From contig MTMF02000009.1 in NCBI GenBank assembly GCA_002011125.2, forward strand, positions 712,989-776,988: a DNA stretch of 64,000 nt, written 5' to 3'. The first letter of the stretch is position 1; each line of letters starts with the position of its first letter. A program made the position numbers and the translations under genes. Under the pieces are notes generated by a model that searched no databases, had not been told where the DNA came from, and was given only the letters and a program-made list of their open reading frames with translations. The DNA comes from Candidatus Hydrothermarchaeum profundi. GTDB taxonomy: Archaea > Hydrothermarchaeota > Hydrothermarchaeia > Hydrothermarchaeales > Hydrothermarchaeaceae. This document shows, piece by piece, positions 59,595 through 64,000 of this stretch.

Positions 59595-59941
59595 AGCGTT
59601 ACACCTTCCTCAGATGCCTCATTTGCTATAGTGTTTACAACATTTTTTTTTCTCTCAAAAGTTTCTCTATCAATTATTATTAAATCAACTTTAATACCAT
59701 ATTCACGTAGTCTTCTTATTGTTTCAATGTAAAAATGCCAGAATGTGTTTCGGTCCACCTTCTCGTTGGTTGTTACCAGTATATCCCAGTCAGAATATTC
59801 TTTAGCCTCCTCACTTGCTCTTGAACCAAACAGGATTATCCTATAAATCTTTATATTGTATTTTTTTGCGGCTTTTAAAATGGTAGTCCTTATTTTCGTA
59901 ATGGCATCTTTATCTATTTCTCTTATCATAGAATTTTCCAT
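59591..59941 (-). CDS. Minimal nucleotidyltransferase (MNT antitoxin)
   Basis: ILFGSRA...SDWDILV, VDL. Confidence 0.92.
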   Translation of the reverse strand: MENSMIREIDKDAITKIRTTILKAAKKYNIKIYRIILFGSRASEEAKEYSDWDILVTTNEKVDRNTFWHFYIETIRRLREYGIKVDLIIIDRETFERKKNVVNTIANEASEEGVTL

Positions 59942-59990
59942 ATTGTAGGCCCATTATGTTAACATTGGGTTAAATATATCAAGCTTACGT

Positions 59991-60100
59991 GAAGTTACCG
60001 AAAAATTTCAAGTCACAATCCCTAAGTTGAGGAAGGCATATAATCTCAAGACAGTTACGCTTGTCTCTTTTATTCCTAAAAAAGATGAAAGAAAAATTCA
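59991..60100 (+). pseudogene. AbrB/MazE-type antitoxin remnant
   Basis: Reads EVTEKFQVTIPKLRKAYNLK..LVSFIP with no in-frame start nearby. Confidence 0.55.
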
Positions 60101-60301
60101 TCGATACCATAATTACCAACAAAACTCATTTTGGAAAGGTGGAGACATAAAAGTAATACCGAGGGGATACCGATGAATATTCTTAAGGCTCTTTAGCTTA
60201 TTGATCTGGTTATATTAAAATTTAATCAAGAGGTTTTTATAAACATCTATCTTTGATAAGATTATAATTATAAGTTAGTTCATAGTATATGGAAAGAGAA
60301 A

Positions 60302-61010
60302 ATGGGAGTAGTTGAAACTGAGAGTTTCAGTCCAACTTGCACAGCAAAGTCAGAGGCTGTTTTAAATAGTATCAGTGCCCTCATAGATTTAAATACTAAG
60401 AAAGGGAACACTCTCAATGAAGAAGAGGACCAGATACGTAAGTTTATTTTATATAAATTTCCAGAGCTCTGCAGAGCTCCCACTGCTGAAGAAATTGGCA
60501 GAGCTTTTAATATGCCTTTAAATTCCATCGTAAAAATCTTGAGAAGGTTAAATGAGTTAGATATCATCTATTTGGATATTAACTCAAACATGATTCTTGG
60601 AGCTTACCCTTTTTCTAGTACCCCTACTGCACATCAAGTTATCCTAAAAGGCGAACATCGAGAGGGCCGGGTATATGCTATGTGCGCTATTGATGCTTTA
60701 GGAGTGCCCTTTATGTTTGAGAAGGATGTGGATATCCATTCTTCGTGCGGTTTCTGCAGTAAGGAAGTGTCACTAAAAGTTTGTGATGGAAAGATCGTGT
60801 CATAATAAGCCTAAAGGGACTGTTATATGGATAGGTTTTGAGTGTAGAGAGCGAGCCGCTACATCTATCTGCACAGTTTTAACCTTTTTATGTACTGATG
60901 AACATCACAAAAAATGGATTGCTGCGAATCCATATGAAAAGAGGGAGATTCTTAATTTATCAGAAGCTCTTTACGTGGGGAAAGAAATTTTTGAGGATTT
61001 CTTAAAGTAA
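60302..61010 (+). pseudogene. merB: Frameshifted organomercurial lyase (MerB)-like gene
   Basis: GAYPFS..PTAH, YAMCAIDALG, SSCGFC in ORF1; C-terminal half (AATSIC..F) continues in another frame at ~60803. Confidence 0.75.
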
Positions 61011-61337
61011 ACAGTTTTTTATTGAGAAATTTTGGTTTTTATATGCTTTGAGGCACGTTTTTGTGAGAAAATAATGTTTTTTGCATCGAGGTATCTGTCA
61101 TGGCTTTCCTAGTATACTTAGGATATTCTCTAGCGTGCTTGTCCTGCAATCTATGCTGAGCAAGCATATTTAACGATAGATAGAGGTTTGATCGAGTACT
61201 TAGGAAACGTGCTAAAGAGAAGAGGATAATTTCGTAGAAAAATATGATGGTATAACCTATTTACATAAGGTAGAAGTTAATTTATCCCAAAACATGTGAC
61301 TAAAACTTTATTTAGCTGTGTTCGAGGGTGATATAAA

Positions 61338-62420
61338 TTGAAGCTCCTCTTAATTGCTCCTACTACAAGGGCTATGGCAGAGTCCGCTGTTAAGGCTGGC
61401 TATGATTTTTTTACTATAGACTTCTTTGGGGACTTAGATCAAAAGGCGATTTGTTTGAATTACTCCCTTAGAGAAAAGAACTTGAATTACACAATAGAAG
61501 AACTCTACAGGGTGTCTGAGCCTCTTGATTTCACGCATGTAGTTTACGGTGCAGGATTTGAGAATCATCCTGAGTTGGTAGAAAAGTTTGAGGAAAAATG
61601 TACCGTGCTCGGCAATGACGCTAAAACCTTACGCAAAGTTAGAAATTGGAGGTATTTTTTTAAGAAAGCGAGCAAACTTGGGATATCAACTCCTAACACC
61701 GAGATAGTATCTGCTGAAGAGCTACACGATCTGGAAGGAAGAATAGCTAAGTCGGTTAGGAGTGGTGGAGGACATCACATATTTACATCTAAGGAAGAGA
61801 TTATGGAAGGGGAGTTCTTAGTACAAGAGGTCGTGGAGGGTATGCCTGTTTCTTCTTCTATTATATGTTCTCCTACCGAGTGCCGATATCTGGGAGCGAA
61901 TGAGCAGCTCATAGGGGATGAGACTGGCAGGTTCAAGTATTGCGGCAATATCTCGCCAGCAGATGTTGACCTTGAGGAAGTCTCCCTAAAGATAGCTGAT
62001 GAGTTTAATCTCAGAGGACTAAACGGTATAGATTTTATTTGTGGTGATGAAGTTTACTTGCTAGAAGTGAACCCTCGGATAACCGGTGCTATGGAGGTTA
62101 TGGAGAAGGCGTATAACATCAACCTCCTAGACCTACATATTAAGGCATGCCTCGGAGAGCTAGCAGTAGGCGATATCGGTAGCATGGGATATTATGGAAA
62201 AAAAATTATATATGCACCGAGGGACTTGTTTTTTAATATAGAGGCAGTTGCTTTCATCAAAGACATTCCACATCAGGGCGAGTTTATACCTGAGGGTAGC
62301 CCGGTATGCACAGTGATAGGTCACGGGAGCACTAGAGATGAATGCTATAAGGATCTCATAGCAAAGGAGAAGATGATACGTGAGAGTCTACGGGAGAGTT
62401 ATCTCAAGAGGCAAGGCTGA
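61338..62420 (+). CDS. ATP-grasp protein (type linked to methanofuran/methanopterin C1 pathways)
   Basis: DFFGDLD, GFEN, GGG, LVQE, GLNGIDF, LEVNPR. Confidence 0.82.
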   Translation: MKLLLIAPTTRAMAESAVKAGYDFFTIDFFGDLDQKAICLNYSLREKNLNYTIEELYRVSEPLDFTHVVYGAGFENHPELVEKFEEKCTVLGNDAKTLRKVRNWRYFFKKASKLGISTPNTEIVSAEELHDLEGRIAKSVRSGGGHHIFTSKEEIMEGEFLVQEVVEGMPVSSSIICSPTECRYLGANEQLIGDETGRFKYCGNISPADVDLEEVSLKIADEFNLRGLNGIDFICGDEVYLLEVNPRITGAMEVMEKAYNINLLDLHIKACLGELAVGDIGSMGYYGKKIIYAPRDLFFNIEAVAFIKDIPHQGEFIPEGSPVCTVIGHGSTRDECYKDLIAKEKMIRESLRESYLKRQG

Positions 62421-62775
62421 GGGAGAAGCTATACTAACAAGGGAGCCTATCACTTTTCTGGGAGGCGTAGATCCTGATACGGGTGTAGTTGTGGAAAAGG
62501 GCCATGAGTTGGAAGATAGGAGTGTAAGCGGTAAGATACTTGTGTTTCCATGGGGCAAGGGGTCTACAGTTGGCTCCTATGTGTTATACAGGATGAAGAA
62601 AAGTGGCACCGCTCCTTCTGGCATAATAAACCTGAAGGCTGAGGAGGTAGTGTCTGCTGGTGCGATAATATCCGGTATCCCCATGATGGATTCTTTGGAG
62701 AAGGACCCTTTTGAGATACTTGCAGACGGTGTAAAGATCTTTATGAATGCGGACGAAGGATACTTGGAGGTGTAA
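62380..62775 (+). CDS. Aconitase X small (swivel) subunit, DUF126
   Basis: ITFLGGVDPDTG, GKGSTVGSY, APSGII. Confidence 0.9.
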   Translation: MRVYGRVISRGKAEGEAILTREPITFLGGVDPDTGVVVEKGHELEDRSVSGKILVFPWGKGSTVGSYVLYRMKKSGTAPSGIINLKAEEVVSAGAIISGIPMMDSLEKDPFEILADGVKIFMNADEGYLEV

Positions 62776-62777
62776 GA

Positions 62778-63890
62778 GTGGGGCTCCGCGATTTATTTAA
62801 AAAGGAGAAGCCGCGGCTCTTCCAATACGATGATATAGAGGCATTCAGGGAGAGAGTTGAAGAGGGATTTTTGATACTGGGAGCCGAATTCTCGGAGGAA
62901 GCAATAACCTATATTGTAGAGCCAAGATATTCCCATGAAAGGTCCTTTGGCCTAGTCTGGAAAGAGTTGAGAAATACCGAGTTTGCTCCCTTCTATAGGA
63001 AATCAGAATCAGGGTATAGGCTCATAATTACCCAGCGTAGGAGAAGGAAAGTCAAGGTAAGTCCTCTTGGTCATATAGCGCTCCTCATACTTACCGCTGG
63101 GACAGTAACTTGGGCTGGCTACGAGTGGTGGACGGATCACAGGTTTGTGGATAGCGTATTCTTTGCAGTGGCTTTAATGAGCATATTAGGCATTCATGAG
63201 CTGGGACACGCGGTTACTGCTAGGAGCAGTGACATCGAGTCTACGTTGCCCTTCTTTATCCCTGCTCCACCTTACATATTCCCTTTAGGCACCTTTGGAG
63301 CTGTTATATTCATGAACTCCCCGGTTCAAAGCAGGAATTCTCTTCTAGATGTGGGTATAGCTGGGCCTCTGGTTGGGTTCTTGCTTTCTATACCTGTGAC
63401 TCTTTTGGGGCTTACTATGTCTAATGTGACCGTGCTTGAAGAAGCCTTGAAGGAAGGTGGAGTTATATTCTCTCCTTCATTGATGTTTCAATTTCTTGCT
63501 AGGATTGTTTTCGGCAAATTACCTGAGACAGCGGCGATAAGCATTCATCCTCTCGCTATAGCTGGATGGGTGGGAATGTTTGTGACTTCCCTGAACCTCC
63601 TGCCTATGGGTCAGCTTGACGGCGGTCACATTATTCGAGGGCTATTCCCGAATCATTATAGGAAGATTTATAGATTCACTGCCCTTGTACTGGTATTTAT
63701 AGGATTGTTCTGGCCGGGCTGGATTTTTTGGGCTCTTTTAGTTTATTTCATGACGAGGCTTGAGCATCCTGGCCCTTTGAATGATGTCACAGAGCTAGGT
63801 ACCCGGGGGAAAGTGCTTGGGATATTAGCGGGGATCATACTTATACTGTGCTTCACTCCAGTGCCTATCATAACTGTATCGCCATCGTAG
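62778..63890 (+). CDS. Site-2 protease (M50)
   Basis: HELGH, GTFGA, AGP, NLLPMGQLDGGH. Confidence 0.93.
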   Translation: MGLRDLFKKEKPRLFQYDDIEAFRERVEEGFLILGAEFSEEAITYIVEPRYSHERSFGLVWKELRNTEFAPFYRKSESGYRLIITQRRRRKVKVSPLGHIALLILTAGTVTWAGYEWWTDHRFVDSVFFAVALMSILGIHELGHAVTARSSDIESTLPFFIPAPPYIFPLGTFGAVIFMNSPVQSRNSLLDVGIAGPLVGFLLSIPVTLLGLTMSNVTVLEEALKEGGVIFSPSLMFQFLARIVFGKLPETAAISIHPLAIAGWVGMFVTSLNLLPMGQLDGGHIIRGLFPNHYRKIYRFTALVLVFIGLFWPGWIFWALLVYFMTRLEHPGPLNDVTELGTRGKVLGILAGIILILCFTPVPIITVSPS

Positions 63891-63927
63891 CCTTAATATA
63901 TAAGGAGTTCTAAAAATTTTCTTTGAG

Positions 63928-64000
63928 ATGAAGACTTCAATAGGATATATAGACCGGCGTGACCTGACGCCTGAGGAGACTGACATCTGTGCTGATTGCA
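63928..64000 (+). CDS. Start of a gene running off the window (MKTSIGYIDRRDLTPEETDICADC...)
   Basis: Open frame from ATG 63928 after a TATA-like region. Confidence 0.4.
   Translation, partial: MKTSIGYIDRRDLTPEETDICADC

Noticed and set aside
60800-60810. Selenocysteine/pyrrolysine readthrough or programmed frameshift in merB-like gene
   Set aside because: Stop is TAA, the continuation is in another frame, and no slippery run is evident

Overview
Archaeal chromosomal window (GGTGA/GGAGGTG ribosome-binding sites, TATA-type promoters, archaeal-type ThrRS, Ftr, UbiX/UbiD/AcnX modified-mevalonate genes). The gene content suggests an anaerobic, cytochrome-rich, sulfite-reducing euryarchaeote-like lineage (Hydrothermarchaeota-like is my inference, not verified). 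Left to right: a fused surface-repeat/multiheme cytochrome, ftr, a complete Ku/LigD NHEJ operon, a CuA/cupredoxin/polyferredoxin operon with no catalytic oxidase subunit, an AT-rich Met/His/Cys-rich 'metal/cytochrome maturation' island, a catalytically altered HemA-like gene divergent from an unusual dsrAB, a 2011-aa surface glycoprotein with a PGF-pre-PGF partner, housekeeping genes, an AT-rich KaiC/V4R-like/radical SAM/UbiA block, a two-component cluster, and a mevalonate gene cluster interrupted by a cas-less CRISPR array (18 perfect repeats), an MNT-HEPN pair and decayed genes. Two signals are absent from the ORF track. (1) Two paralogous 22-aa Cys/His microproteins (MKIKK..YSTCKCHKSCM) have an identical 19-bp promoter motif and only synonymous changes in the core, and they bracket the ccmF-thioredoxin genes. 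(2) A promoter-bearing ~75-nt hairpin RNA candidate has a CU-rich loop complementary to the dsrA, dsrB and surface-protein ribosome-binding regions.
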